From an uncultured Planctomycetota bacterium (GTDB lineage: Bacteria > Planctomycetota > Planctomycetia > Gemmatales > Gemmataceae): DNA of 64,000 nt. A program made the position numbers and the translations under genes. Where the stretch lies: NCBI GenBank assembly GCA_963849325.1, contig CAWKHF010000012.1, positions 1,440,001 to 1,504,000 on the forward strand, read 5' to 3'. The notes under the pieces were generated by a model. The model was not told the DNA's origin. It did no database searches and was given only the letters and a program-made list of their open reading frames with translations. Shown here piece by piece: positions 43,125 to 54,280 of this stretch (position 1 is the stretch's first letter; every line of letters starts with the position of its first letter).

Positions 43125-43885
43125 ATGGACACGAACCTCCTCGACATCAAGTTCGCCCGCATCGGCGCACGGCTGAAGGTCGCTGATCGTCCGTCCCGGC
43201 GCAGCCGCACGTCGGGCGTCATCTCCCTGGACGTGCAGGCCGACCACAAAGGCGAGTTCTTCGAGATCGTCCGGCAGCCGGGGGCCGAGGCCGAAATCGC
43301 CGTCCTCGACGTGCAGCCCGCCGACCGCCATCTCCTCCTCCTCGTCCGTGAAGGCAAGGACAAGAGCAAGTTCCTTTGCGGCCACGACGAACGCCATTTT
43401 TTCGTCGCCGGTATCCCCGAATCCGCCCCGGTCGGCACCGTCCGCCAGGCCAAGGAAGCCCTCAAGCCTGCCGAGGTTCAGACCGCCCAGGCCCGCCAGT
43501 GCCTCAAGGGCAAGGCCCGCAACCGCCGCAAGAACGCCGCCTTCGTCCGCCAGGGCGAGTGGTTCTTCCTGCCCGTGCCCGATTTCGCCGTGAACGAGAA
43601 GCTGGTCCTGCCGAACGAGTCGCTGCGCCGGGGCAACGGTGGCAAGCCGCATTGGGCCGAGTTCTGCTACCGCACCGGCGGCGAGACGGTCTACGTCTGC
43701 TCCCGCCATTCCAACGGCGTCACCGTGGCGCAGTACCGGAGCATCCTGGCTGGCAACTCGAAGGCGGACACCTGGGATTGGCGCATGATGCTTCGGAATG
43801 CCGGCGTCTACGTCCGTGGCCGGGTCCGGCACCCGACCACGCCACGATCACGCTTAACGGCTGGCACCGGGTCTTGATGAACGCC
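43125..43885 (+). CDS. Hypothetical protein, probably 3'-truncated
   Basis: MDTNLLDIKFARIGAR..FLCGHDERHFFVA..RQGEWFFLP..RHPDHATI.L.GWHRVLMN; strong GC3 coding bias; no clean stop. Confidence 0.6.
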
Positions 43886-43957
43886 GACCGGTCGCTCACG
43901 CCAATTGGTCAAGGTGATCCTTGGACATTTGGTGGCGTTTCTGCTACCCATTTAGGG

Positions 43958-44085
43958 CTATGCCTGGCCGATCATTCGGAACGTCAGGTTGATTCGCTCG
44001 CCGACGCTCTGCGTGGTCTTCGGAATTTCGTGCTTCCAAAACTGCTGCATGGTTCCGGCCATGATGAGGAGCGTGCCGTGGCCCA
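43958..44085 (-). pseudogene. AlkB 2OG-Fe(II) dioxygenase C-terminal fragment
   Basis: HGTLLIMAGTMQQFWKHEIPK..GERINLTFR. Confidence 0.8.
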
Positions 44086-44089
44086 CGAA

Positions 44090-44767
44090 CGGAAGAAATG
44101 GACACTCGGCAAGGGCGCGGCCTTCGTCAAGGGCCGCTTGAAGCGCCTCCCTCAAGAGAATGAGAGTTGGGAGGCCGACTTCAAGGCATTGCCCAAGCCG
44201 CTCTCGCAGACCGAGACGCACTACCTGGGGCTGGTTGTCGTGCAGGGCGAAGGCTCCGTCCTCGCCGAGGAGCAGGTGGAGCGCACGCCCGGCGTCAACG
44301 ACCTGGCGACCCTCCTGGCCCACGCCATGCGCCGGCCCCTGACCGGGTCCGGGCACCGGCCGAAGCGCGTCCGGGTCCGCAAGAACCCGCGCTGGCCGGA
44401 GCTGTTCCCCCACTTGCAGGAGATCGGCATCGAGGCCGTCGTGGACAGCGACCTGGACACACTCCGCACGACGTACCACGACCACCTGCGCCGGGTCCGG
44501 GAAGCTCGCCGGAAAGGCATGGTGAAGCCGAACGCCGAGCAGGCCAGCGTGGAGAAACTGTTCCCGGCCGTGGCCCAGTGGGTGCGGGATGGGCACATCG
44601 AGATCGGCGACCAGGAAGGCTTCGGCTTCGTGGTTCGCGCTCTGGACTACGGCGGGCTGGCCTTCGAGGACGACCGGCCGAACACGCTCGCCGAGGCGCT
44701 GGCCGCGCTCGAAAAGGGTATACGGGCGTGGTGCGAGGAGCAGGGCATCGAAAGAGAAGATGCGTGA
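44090..44767 (+). pseudogene. 5'-truncated hypothetical protein
   Basis: LKRLPQ..WEADF..VNDLATLLAHAMRRP..GHIEIGDQEGFGFVVRALDYGG; no start or RBS. Confidence 0.5.
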
Positions 44768-44822
44768 CAGCGCGATCGACAGGGGTATCGGGGATCGCTT
44801 CCAACCACATCTTCGTGATACT

Positions 44823-45785
44823 CCACCTCCCAGATGGGCGCCCCAACGCCCCGCCCGGCCGGCGACACCGCGTCATGGGCCACGGTCTTGGGATGGCCTG
44901 CCCGGCCCTGAGCGTGGACATACTGGTGGAAGGGGACGTCCCGGCCCAGGTTATAGCGGGCGATGTATTCGGCACCGGACAGCAGGCGGTTATTCTCATA
45001 GCCGTAGAGGTCGTCGCCCTGGTTCCAGGCCATCTCGCAGAAGCTCGCCAGCCAATCGAAGCCGGCCTGCGTGTGCCCCTGGTCGCGGCCCGACTCCTGC
45101 CACTGGCCCAGGTGGCCCGGATGGATGTACGTCACCGCATGGCGGATGGCGCCGTTGCCGCCGCCGCCCTTGAAATAGGCGACGGCCTCGTTGTAGATGT
45201 CGCGGCGGTCGCACAGGACGCCGACCGCCAGCATGGAGGCCATGTTGCACGTATCCCAGTTGGCGTAGTAATTGGTGATGACGGCGTCGTTGTGACGAAC
45301 CAGGAAGTCGTGGTTGGCCTTAGAGAACACGTTGAGCATCATGTCCTGGAAGCGCTTGAAATCCTCCGCAGCCCAGCCTGGGTAGGTGCGCAGGATCTCG
45401 CCGGCGTTGGCGAATTGATAGCCCTGAATGCCCAGCGCCAGGAAGCGGTCGGCGTTGCCGCCGATGCGCTTGAGCGTGCCGGACCAGGCGTTCAGGATGT
45501 CGACCGCCTTTTTGGCGTAGGCTTCGTCGCCGCTGACCTTCCAGCGCACCGCACACAGGTAGGCGGCGTGAGTGCTCTGATAAAGTTGAGCAACATTCGG
45601 CCCCTTCACCCCCTGGCCGCGAACCACCTCCTCCGCCGGACGCGGCCGGAAACCCAGTTGCGCGAGCGGACTGGCGGTCAGCTGCTTCCAGCCGTCCCGC
45701 CACGGCTGAGCCTCGCCCTCGACCTTCGCTTTCAGGCGTGCAAAATCCGCCTGGGTGTGCAAGAGGCCGGGGTGGACGAACTTCT
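44823..45785 (-). pseudogene. Alginate-lyase-family (alpha/alpha toroid) protein, truncated
   Basis: FVHPGLLHT..D, AVDILNAW, ANAGEI, YANWD, GQWQESGRDQGH, AWNQG.DLY; start and end scrambled. Confidence 0.75.
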
Positions 45786-46029
45786 GTGCCCGACCGGGGG
45801 CGCGGGGGGCGGCCGTCTTGTTACGTCCAGGTGCGTGAGCGGGGCACACAGGCATGCGCCGCCGACGCCCTCGCCGATCTTCTGGCTGGCTTCCCGGCCC
45901 TCGCCGGCAAGGGTTGCTGATTCCAGCAGAAAGGAGAACCCATGACCAACCGGGCAATCCTCCAGACACCCAAGGTACTGCTGCGTGAAGTGGATCGGCA
46001 GCGCCAGTTTCTGCTTCGTGTCGAGAGCA

Positions 46030-46098
46030 CGGCGTCATTGAGGGCATGGCGCGCGACAGACGTGAGGCGTCGGAACTGGGCGGCTTTCGTCAGGTCAT
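46030..46098 (-). pseudogene. Short N-terminal fragment, possibly of an APH-like phosphotransferase
   Basis: MKPFHDLTKAAQFRRLTSVARHAL; start overlaps the stop of the GNAT fragment. Confidence 0.3.
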
Positions 46099-46327
46099 GA
46101 AAGGGTTTCATGCTGATGGATCACATACAGGTCGCGGAGGTTGCCGCGGAACAGCACTTGTTTCTCATACCGCAGCCCGGTCTTCTCGGCGACGCGGAGG
46201 GACGGCCCGTTGCGCGGGTCGATGACGGAAACCAGACGCGGCAGTGCCAGAATGCCAAAAGCGTAGTCGCGGGTCGCCGCCGCTGCCTCCGTCGCCAGCT
46301 CACGCCCCCAGTACGCGCGGGCCAGGC
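46095..46327 (-). pseudogene. RimJ/RimL-type GNAT C-terminal fragment
   Basis: LARAYWGRELATEAA..RDYAF..LPRLVSVIDPRNGPSLRVAEKTG. Confidence 0.7.
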
Positions 46328-46677
46328 GCGCTCAACATCAAGGGTATGTTGGCGAATGGCCCACGCCCCCAGTACGCGCGGGCCAGGCTCCTTTCTCTTC
46401 ATGCCGTCAGGAGGACCGACCGTGGACGAGTCCACCCCGAACATGCTGCGCGCCGTCGAGGAGGCGGCCGCCCGCTTGGTCGAAGAATGCCGCAAGGCTG
46501 GCCCGATCTACGCCCGTGATCCGAAGATCGTGGCACAGGTCAGCCGTACCGGCAAGTGGCACTTGAACGCCATCGCCGCCCTGCGCAAGTCACTCGCCGC
46601 GCCTGGTGATGAACCGCAAGCGTAACGCCGTCACGTCCCCCCTTCACCCGTTCCCTCTTCTCCCGGAGAAAACGCGC

Positions 46678-47013
46678 ATGGCATACCTCGGCGCTCTGCT
46701 GATCTTTCTGCTGACCACCATCGTGATCTGGTTCACCGCCGTCGCTCTCTACCACCTGCTCACGGACGGGCCGGACCTGCGCCAGAACCCCAACTTCATC
46801 GTGGTGAACATCGGGACGATCGTTCTGGTCACGCTCAGCTCCTTCATCCCCTTCTCGGCCGGCTTCCCAATCGCCCTCGTCTTCTGGTGGCTGGCGGCCA
46901 AGAACTTCCTGAAACTGCCTCTGTTCCGGGCGTTGCTCCTGTTCGTGATCCTCGCCACCCTGGATTTGGTCTCGCGCCTGGCCATGAGCGGCGTCTTGAG
47001 CTGGATGAGTTGA
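46678..47013 (+). CDS. Small membrane protein
   Basis: GGAG RBS; 111 aa with 3-4 hydrophobic segments. Confidence 0.65.
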   Translation: MAYLGALLIFLLTTIVIWFTAVALYHLLTDGPDLRQNPNFIVVNIGTIVLVTLSSFIPFSAGFPIALVFWWLAAKNFLKLPLFRALLLFVILATLDLVSRLAMSGVLSWMS

Positions 47014-47104
47014 TCGCAGATGGCTCGGCTCCGTCCCCAACCGGGACGGGGCCGGGCACCGCTTTCCGGGTCTGTCCAAATCGCAACTCGTTGCCATTCT
47101 AATT

Positions 47105-48330
47105 CTACTGTAACCGTTTTACCCGTCCGGCTCCCCGCGGCGTGGCGGGAACTTCTTGGTGCGGGCGTACCAGTGGTAGATGCGCGCCTCTTCATTACGC
47201 CGTAAGACGCGACTGACCTCTTCCGCGATCCGCCGCGCACTGGGTGGTGCCGGCTGGAGCAGCCGCGCGAATACCTCCCGCAGTTGCGGCACCGTCAACG
47301 CCGGGATTTTTTTCCCCCAGCCGCCGCTTCTCCAACGCCAGAAACCACCCGGCCAACAACGACAGCGTCATGTGGTGGTGCCAACCCTCCCAGTTGCGCA
47401 CCTCGTAGTGACCCAGACCCACTTCCCCCTTGGCCGCCTCCAGCGCCTCCTCCACGCCGTGCCGCCGCCCCTGCACGCCCACCACACGCTCCAGCGGTTC
47501 CCACGCCGGCGCGTTGGACAGCGTGTACCCGGTCCGCGGCTGCCCATCGACGGCACGTACCACCACCAGCCGCTCCAGTGGCCCGCAGCGGCCCTGCTCG
47601 CCTTTGGTCTGCACCCACGCCTCGGCGGCCCGCACCACCTTGGCTCCCTTGCTTCCGTCACCCCGCTGGACCTTGTGCCAGCGCGACGCCGGCTGTGTCT
47701 TGGCCCCGTCGTCCACCCGACGCCACGGCGGGCAACGCTTGCCCGCCGGCGCCGCCTCGTTGATGTCCCGAACCAAGGTGTCGCAGGGCACGTCGAGCAC
47801 GTAGCGCCGTTGGCGGCGTCGTAGTTGGGCGCGCAAGGCCATCACACGGCCGAACTCGTCGTCGCCGGTGATCCAGCCGAAGGGCGGGTCCGCCTGCGCC
47901 CGCTCGATCAGGTCCAGGCCGATCCGCCAACTCTCCCGGAAGCGGATGTCCTGGGGAACGTGCGTGGCCCGCCGCCGCTTGCGCGAGTCGAGCCCACTCC
48001 CGGGGCAGGTAGAGTTGCCGGTCCACCAGGATGGCGACTTGGGGCGTGACGTAGGCCAGGAAGACACCGACCTGACCGTTATCGACCTTGCCCAGTCGGC
48101 CGCACCACTGCCGGCTGACGCCACAGGAGGAGCCGCCCTTCTTGGGGAAGCCGCTGGGGTCGAGCACCATCACGGCGTCGTCGTCGCCCCGGTGGCGGCG
48201 ACGTGGCGGCGCAGCTCGGCCTGCACGGCGTCGTCGTCCCAGGCGCCGGCACCGACGACGTGCTGCACGGGCTTGCGTGGTCGCTTGGCCAGGTAGGCGA
48301 TGGGTTCGGAGGTCTTGCGTTGCAGGTTGC
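47105..48330 (-). mobile_element. IS701-family transposase, 5'-truncated and frameshifted
   Basis: LQRKTSEPIA, LDPSGFPKKG..S.GV.RQWCGRLGKVDN.QVGVFLAY, WITGDDEFG, GLGHYEVRNWEGWHHH. Confidence 0.88.
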
Positions 48331-49051
48331 TGAGGTCGATGTCGGTCGCCCGCATTTCCAGAATGTCCTGCGGTCTGCCTCCGCAGAGCCGATGGACCTC
48401 GATCATGGCCCGGACCATCCGAGGCACCAGCGGTAGTACGGCGTCCACATGCGCATCCGTCACCGACTTGATGCGAGCCTTCTCGCGGGCCTTCGCCTTG
48501 CCCTTTCTCAGCCCTTTCACGCGCATCAACGACTGGTGGACGGTGACGGGTAGTAGCTCTTCCTCGACGGCCCAGGCGAACATTCAACGGATACGGCCTA
48601 CTTGCTTGTTGATGACCTTTCGGCAGAGTCCGTGCCGCAACACCTTCACCTTGATGGTGATCTTGTGCTCGGTCATGGCCTGCCGCACCGCCTTGAGCGA
48701 CTTCGGGCTGAAATCCCTGGCGGTGGTGGAACCGTAGAGCTTGCGGACGAAGCGCAGCACCTGGCGGATAACAGCCTGCTCGGAGGTGGGCTGTCCATCC
48801 TTGACGTAATAGGACTGAGCGAAGCGCCAATAGCGGAGCACGAGCTGACTGACGGTGATCGGCTCAGCCGCTTCGACGGGCGGCAACGGGGGTAACTTCT
48901 GGCCGGCGAGCCATTCGGCGACGAGGCGGTGGTATTTCTCCCAGCTCTCGGGGCTGTGGTATTTGCCCAGGTAGTGGTCTTTGCCGGCGATGGTGACGAC
49001 GGCGCAGTCGCGGGCCTTGTGGAAGCGGTAAGAAGGTTGGCGGACGGTCAT
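48330..49051 (-). pseudogene. Tyrosine recombinase/integrase, C-terminal catalytic part lost
   Basis: AVVTIAGKDHYLGK, MFAWAVEEEL, LCGGRPQD..MR..DID (first catalytic Arg), then the IS701 junction; adjacent to the tRNA 3' end. Confidence 0.85.
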
Positions 49052-49170
49052 GCTGCGATCCTGGTGAAGCCGGAATCCAGTATGGTACTGGATTTTTCAG
49101 GCTTTCAGGCCGCACTTCCGACCGCCGGAAGGTACGCTTAAGTCGCGTTCGGTGAAAGGCTTCTGTCGAA

Positions 49171-49245
49171 TCGGGGCGAGAGGACTTGAACCTCCGACCT
49201 CATGGTCCCGAACCATGCGCTCTAGCCAAGCTGAGCTACGCCCCG
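49171..49245 (-). tRNA. tRNA-Pro (anticodon CGG)
   Basis: CGGGGCGTAGCTCAGCTTGGCTAGAGCGCATGGTTCGGGACCATGAGGTCGGAGGTTCAAGTCCTCTCGCCCCGA folds as a cloverleaf; CCA not encoded. Confidence 0.97.
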
Positions 49246-49254
49246 TCAGAGGCT

Positions 49255-49282
49255 ATCCTAGTGGGCGACGTTGATTTGTCAA
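49255..49282 (-). promoter_or_regulatory. sigma70-type promoter of tRNA-Pro
   Basis: Minus strand TTGACA, 16-bp spacer, TAGGAT ending 9 nt before the tRNA. Confidence 0.65.
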
Positions 49283-49583
49283 TGTCAACGCGGCCGGGGT
49301 CGTTTCGGGTTCGGGTCTGCCGGCGAGGAGGCCAAAGCTCGCCAACCGGCCCCGATCCCGTCCGGGGAACCAACCGGAAAAATCCGGATTCGCTCTATCC
49401 ACGCCGCCGACAGGTTGCTACAATCGGAGGCATTGTGGGCTTCGTGGATCGGTCCATGGACGTGATGCTCGCCTCCGTGCCATCTCCCATTCTCCTTTCC
49501 TCAGTCCATCGGTTTTCGTAGCGCGGAGCAGGTCATCCCGATGGATGACGGTGTGCCTCGCCAGTTTCTTTCCGGAGGCCCTT

Positions 49584-49949
49584 ATGGGCAAGAAGTTGTA
49601 CGTGGGCAATCTGCCCTACTCGGTCGGAGACAGTGAATTGCAGCGCCTGTTCGAGGCGCACGGCAGCGTGGTGTCGGCGCAGGTCATCATGGACCGCGAC
49701 ACCGGCCGCTCCAAGGGCTTCGGCTTCGTGGAGATGGGCAACGACTCGGAAGCGCAGGCGGCCATTGCCGAGATGAACGGCAAGGAAATCGACGGCCGTT
49801 CGCTGACCGTCAATGAAGCACGTCCCAAGCCGGACGGCGGCGGCGGCGGCGGTGGTGGCCGCGGCGGCCGCGGTGGTTACGGCGGTGGCGGCGGCGGCGG
49901 GCGCGGCGGCTACGGCGGCGGTGGTGGTGGCGGCGGCCGGCGCTATTGA
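49584..49949 (+). CDS. RRM RNA-binding protein with Gly/RGG tail
   Basis: KLYVGNL (RNP2), KGFGFVEM (RNP1), VNEARP, GGRGGYGG repeats. Confidence 0.95.
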   Translation: MGKKLYVGNLPYSVGDSELQRLFEAHGSVVSAQVIMDRDTGRSKGFGFVEMGNDSEAQAAIAEMNGKEIDGRSLTVNEARPKPDGGGGGGGGRGGRGGYGGGGGGGRGGYGGGGGGGGRRY

Positions 49950-50056
49950 TTGATCTGGCGAAGCACGACGGGGAGGAATGCCCTCCTCCCCTACCTCTCC
50001 CGTGTCTTTCCGCGATCCCCCGGCCGCAGATGCAGCCGGGGGATTGTGTTTCTCTT

Positions 50057-50728
50057 CTACGCTTCCGCCTCCTCCCGCACCAACTCCAGAACGCTCCACA
50101 GGCTCGGGTCTTCGGCCCAGGGGAACTCGCCTTCCACGCTGAGGGATTGTTCGCCTAGCTCCTGATCGTGGACGGCGACGTGAATCCCGAGGCGTGGGTT
50201 CTGTTCGGGGTCGAAACCGTTGAGAACGGTCGCCGGCAGAAACGCTTCGAGACGATAACCCCTGGTGCGGCGAACGATCTGGAAAGGCACACCCTCCCCG
50301 CCGACGGGGGGCGCGTCTTGCAGAGCGCGATGGATCTTGCCCTGGACGAAGGCGGGTTCGTCCTTGTCGGGACCGCCGCCGCTGACGAGGAAATGGAACT
50401 GATGGCAATAGCGGCTGGCGCGATGGCTGGTGCGAGCATCGCGCGTATCGATCCAAACGGTAACGCCGTCGGAAAAACGCGGTCGGGATACGTCGCCGAC
50501 CGGCGCCTGCTCCTTGCCGCGTACCTCGACCTGAACGGCCAGCCCGCCCTCGTTCCAGGCCAGACGCAGTTCGGCGAACGGTTGCCGTTCGTCCATGTCC
50601 GTGAAGCCGTCGAGCCGGCAGGACGCCGGCAGGTCGAGCAAGTCCTCGCTGCCCTCACGCGGCACCTCGGCGACGTAACGGCAGGGGTAACAAACGCGAA
50701 AGAGGAACCGATTCGGTATCAACGGCAT
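50057..50728 (-). CDS. Hypothetical protein (CBM9/DOMON-like)
   Basis: LRLAWNEGGL, DGVTVWIDTRD, YRLEAFLP, W.EDPSLW. Confidence 0.6.
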   Translation of the reverse strand: MPLIPNRFLFRVCYPCRYVAEVPREGSEDLLDLPASCRLDGFTDMDERQPFAELRLAWNEGGLAVQVEVRGKEQAPVGDVSRPRFSDGVTVWIDTRDARTSHRASRYCHQFHFLVSGGGPDKDEPAFVQGKIHRALQDAPPVGGEGVPFQIVRRTRGYRLEAFLPATVLNGFDPEQNPRLGIHVAVHDQELGEQSLSVEGEFPWAEDPSLWSVLELVREEAEA

Positions 50729-50745
50729 CAAGGACTCCAGAAGAA

Positions 50746-50904
50746 TTTCACCACGGAAAACACGGAAAACACGGAAAAAAGACAAAGGCAAAAACTGAAG
50801 AGCAAACCAAACGCGGAGACGAGCAAAAGAGCGCGACTACTGTCTCTGTGCCTCTCTTTTGCTTTTGTCTTTTTTCCGTGTTTTCCGTGTTTTCCGTGGT
50901 GAAA
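50746..50904. repeat. Long palindromic element, family D, with internal CACGGAAAA tandem units
   Basis: TTTCAC(CACGGAAAA)x3 AAGACAAA...TTTGTCTT(TTTTCCGTG)x3 GTGAAA just downstream of the nadA stop. Confidence 0.85.
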
Positions 50905-50909
50905 GGATC

Positions 50910-51834
<925 letters not shown>

Positions 51835-51965
51835 GGTAGGGGTCCTTGTTTTTCGTGTGGCGGAGGACAAACCCACATCCAGCGTTTTCAGACGGCCTTG
51901 CGTCTCCACTTTTTATTGTACACGACGAGGGAGAAAAAAGGCAGAGGGGACAGCGTTGTGTCCGG

Positions 51966-52509
51966 TTAACGTCCGCGCCACAGCAGATCCAGCAACCGCT
52001 CGAACGTCTTCGGCGACGTGAATCAGACCGCGATGCTCGGGGCGAAGGAAACCATCCTGGACCGCGCGGTCGAGCCAGCTCAAGAGCGGATCGAAGAAGC
52101 CGGCGACGTTGAGGAGTCCGATCGGCTTGCCGTGCAAGCGGAGTTGCCGCCAGGTGAGGATCTCGAACAGCTCGTCGGCGGTGCCGAAGCCGCCCGGCAG
52201 AGCGGCGAAACCACCGGCGCGCTCGGCCATCAGCGCCTTGCGCTGGTGCATCGTCTCGACGACGTGCAGTTCCGTCAACTGTCTGTGGGCCAGTTCGCGC
52301 TCGACCATCGAACGAGGAATGACGCCGAGGACCGGGCCGCCGGCCCCCAATACGGCGTCGGCGAGGACGCCCATCAGGCCGATGTGTCCGCCACCGTAGA
52401 CAAGCCCCAGTCCGCGTGCCGCCAGCGCCGCGCCGAAGCGTCGCGCGCTGTCTGCGTAGACCGCCGGCCCGCCCGTACTCGATCCGCAAAATACACACAG
52501 GTAATTCAT
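51966..52509 (-). CDS. LOG family (TIGR00730) nucleotide phosphoribohydrolase
   Basis: CVFCGS, VYGGG..GLMG, MHQRK, LPGGFGT.DELFE. Confidence 0.92.
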
Positions 52510-54280
52510 CCCAATCGTCCCTGAGACTCCCTCTGGGAAGGTTCCGTCGCGCCGGACGCGGCGGGGAAGCGGACGCGGAAGGTCGTGCCCTGGAACGGCT
52601 CGGAGTCGATCTCCAGTTGGGCGTGGTGGTGTTCGAGGATGGCGACGACGAACGACAGGCCCAGTCCCATGCCGGTGCTGTGGCCCTCGTAGATGGCGTT
52701 ATCGCGCTTAGTCGAGAAGTGCGTCTCGGCACAGCGACGCCGCACGTCCTCGGTCATGCCGGCGCCGTTGTCGCACACCTCCAGAACAACGTCGCGGTCG
52801 CGGCGGAGGGTGCGCAGCACGACGCGACCCTTCCACGCCGCGGCGGCGATGAGCGCCTGGCGCCGGCCCGGCCCGTCGAGATCCTCCGCCTGCCGGGCGG
52901 CGTCGCGGAGGTGGTTGCGCATCTCGAAGGTGGCGTCGCGGGCGTTGAACAGCAGGTTCTCGATGGCCTGCTGCAAGTGCGAGACGTCGCCGGAGATCCA
53001 CAGCGGCTCCTCCACTGCCGGCCCGCCGGCGGCGTGTACGTTCAGCTCCGGCACCAGCTCCAGTTTCCACTTCTCGCGCGCCAGCTCTTTCCAGGTCTGT
53101 TCCAACTCGCCGACCACGGCGTTGAGGTCGAGGACGGTCGCCTCGGCGTGGCTGGGATCGCGCCGCACCGTATGCAGGATCTGCTGCAAGCGCTCCGTCA
53201 CGGTGCCGAGCGTCTGCTGCACCTCGTTGAGCATCAATTCCTGGTCGGACGCCAGGCCGTCCGCTTCCAGGCAGCGGCGCAGCAGGTCGTTGGGCGCACC
53301 AGCAGGTTCTTGATGTTGTGGGCGTAGGAGCCGGCCATGATGCCGATGCTGGCCCACATTTGCGATTTCAGCTCCAGCGCCTGCCGTTCAGCCGCCTGCG
53401 TCGCCAGGCGCTGCTCGAGGAGTTGCCGTTCCGTCTCGGCGTGGCGGCGCTCGGCCTGCAATAGCAGGCGCTCGGTCTGGTCCTCCTTTTGACGGGCCAG
53501 CAGACGCTGCCGCTCGCGCTCGCGCTCGCGCCGCTGCACGATGACCATCCAGGTCAGGCTCAGGACGGTGCCGGCCACGGCCAGGGCGCTGAGTTGGCGC
53601 AGCGCTGGTGATGCGCCTGTTCGAGACGCTGCCGTTTGTTGTAAGCGTGCAGCTGATAGCGGACAGAAACGGTGACGTAGGGGTTTAAGCGGTGCTCCAG
53701 TCCCTGGTACTGGCTGGCGTCGGAGGGCAGGCCGGAGTCCCAGGTGATCGGCGCATCGAGGCGAAAGCCGTTGTCGCCGACCCGGACGGATGACAGCTCG
53801 GCCAGCGGCGTCCCTACCAACTCGAAACGCACTTGCAGCCGATAGATCAGGGGGAACAGCGGCAGCTGGCCGGAATAGAGCTTCGTGGGCGGATCGCCGA
53901 GCGTCTGTAACTGCGCGTAGATTTCCTCGTGCCGGACGGCGAGCTGGAGAGAGAGCTGGATCTGCCGGTCGCGCAGGAGCCGGGCCTGCTCCGGGTCGTC
54001 GGGTACGGCGTGGCCCCTTAGCTGGGCGTATTCGCGCGCGGGCCAGGTAATCCTCGATCATCTCGCGAAGGGTGCCGCGGTAGCCGCGCGCCTCGTCGAG
54101 CCATTCGTGCAGGGCGGCCTGGTCGTAGCTCTCCTCGCCGTGCAGCCAGGTTTGCAGCGGCTCGCCCAGGGCGACGAGAACGAGTCCCCACAACAACAGC
54201 GGAGCGGCCAGGATGCGGGCGTAACTCCAGAAACGCCTGCGCGCCGGAGGCAGACTCGCGCTCGGATCAGTGTCCGCCAT
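52506..54280 (-). CDS. Membrane sensor histidine kinase (frameshifted)
   Basis: Two TMs, coiled coil, H-box SYAHNIKN, N-box ENLLFNARDA, DNGAGM, FSTK, GMGLGL. Confidence 0.85.

Noticed and set aside
46301..46388. Mini CRISPR array (27-bp repeat, 34-bp spacer)
   Set aside because: Only two copies, the repeat encodes a GNAT motif, and there is no leader or cas gene.
20640..49170. Duplicated tRNA-Pro 3' end (att site) bounding the island
   Set aside because: I found no second copy of TCGGGGCGAGAGGACTTGAAC by eye, so the left boundary is unproven.
49836..49940. GGC-rich tandem repeat as a contingency locus
   Set aside because: It encodes the ordinary Gly/RGG tail of the RRM protein with mixed codons; the poly-Pro tract at 24611-24661 is likewise coding.
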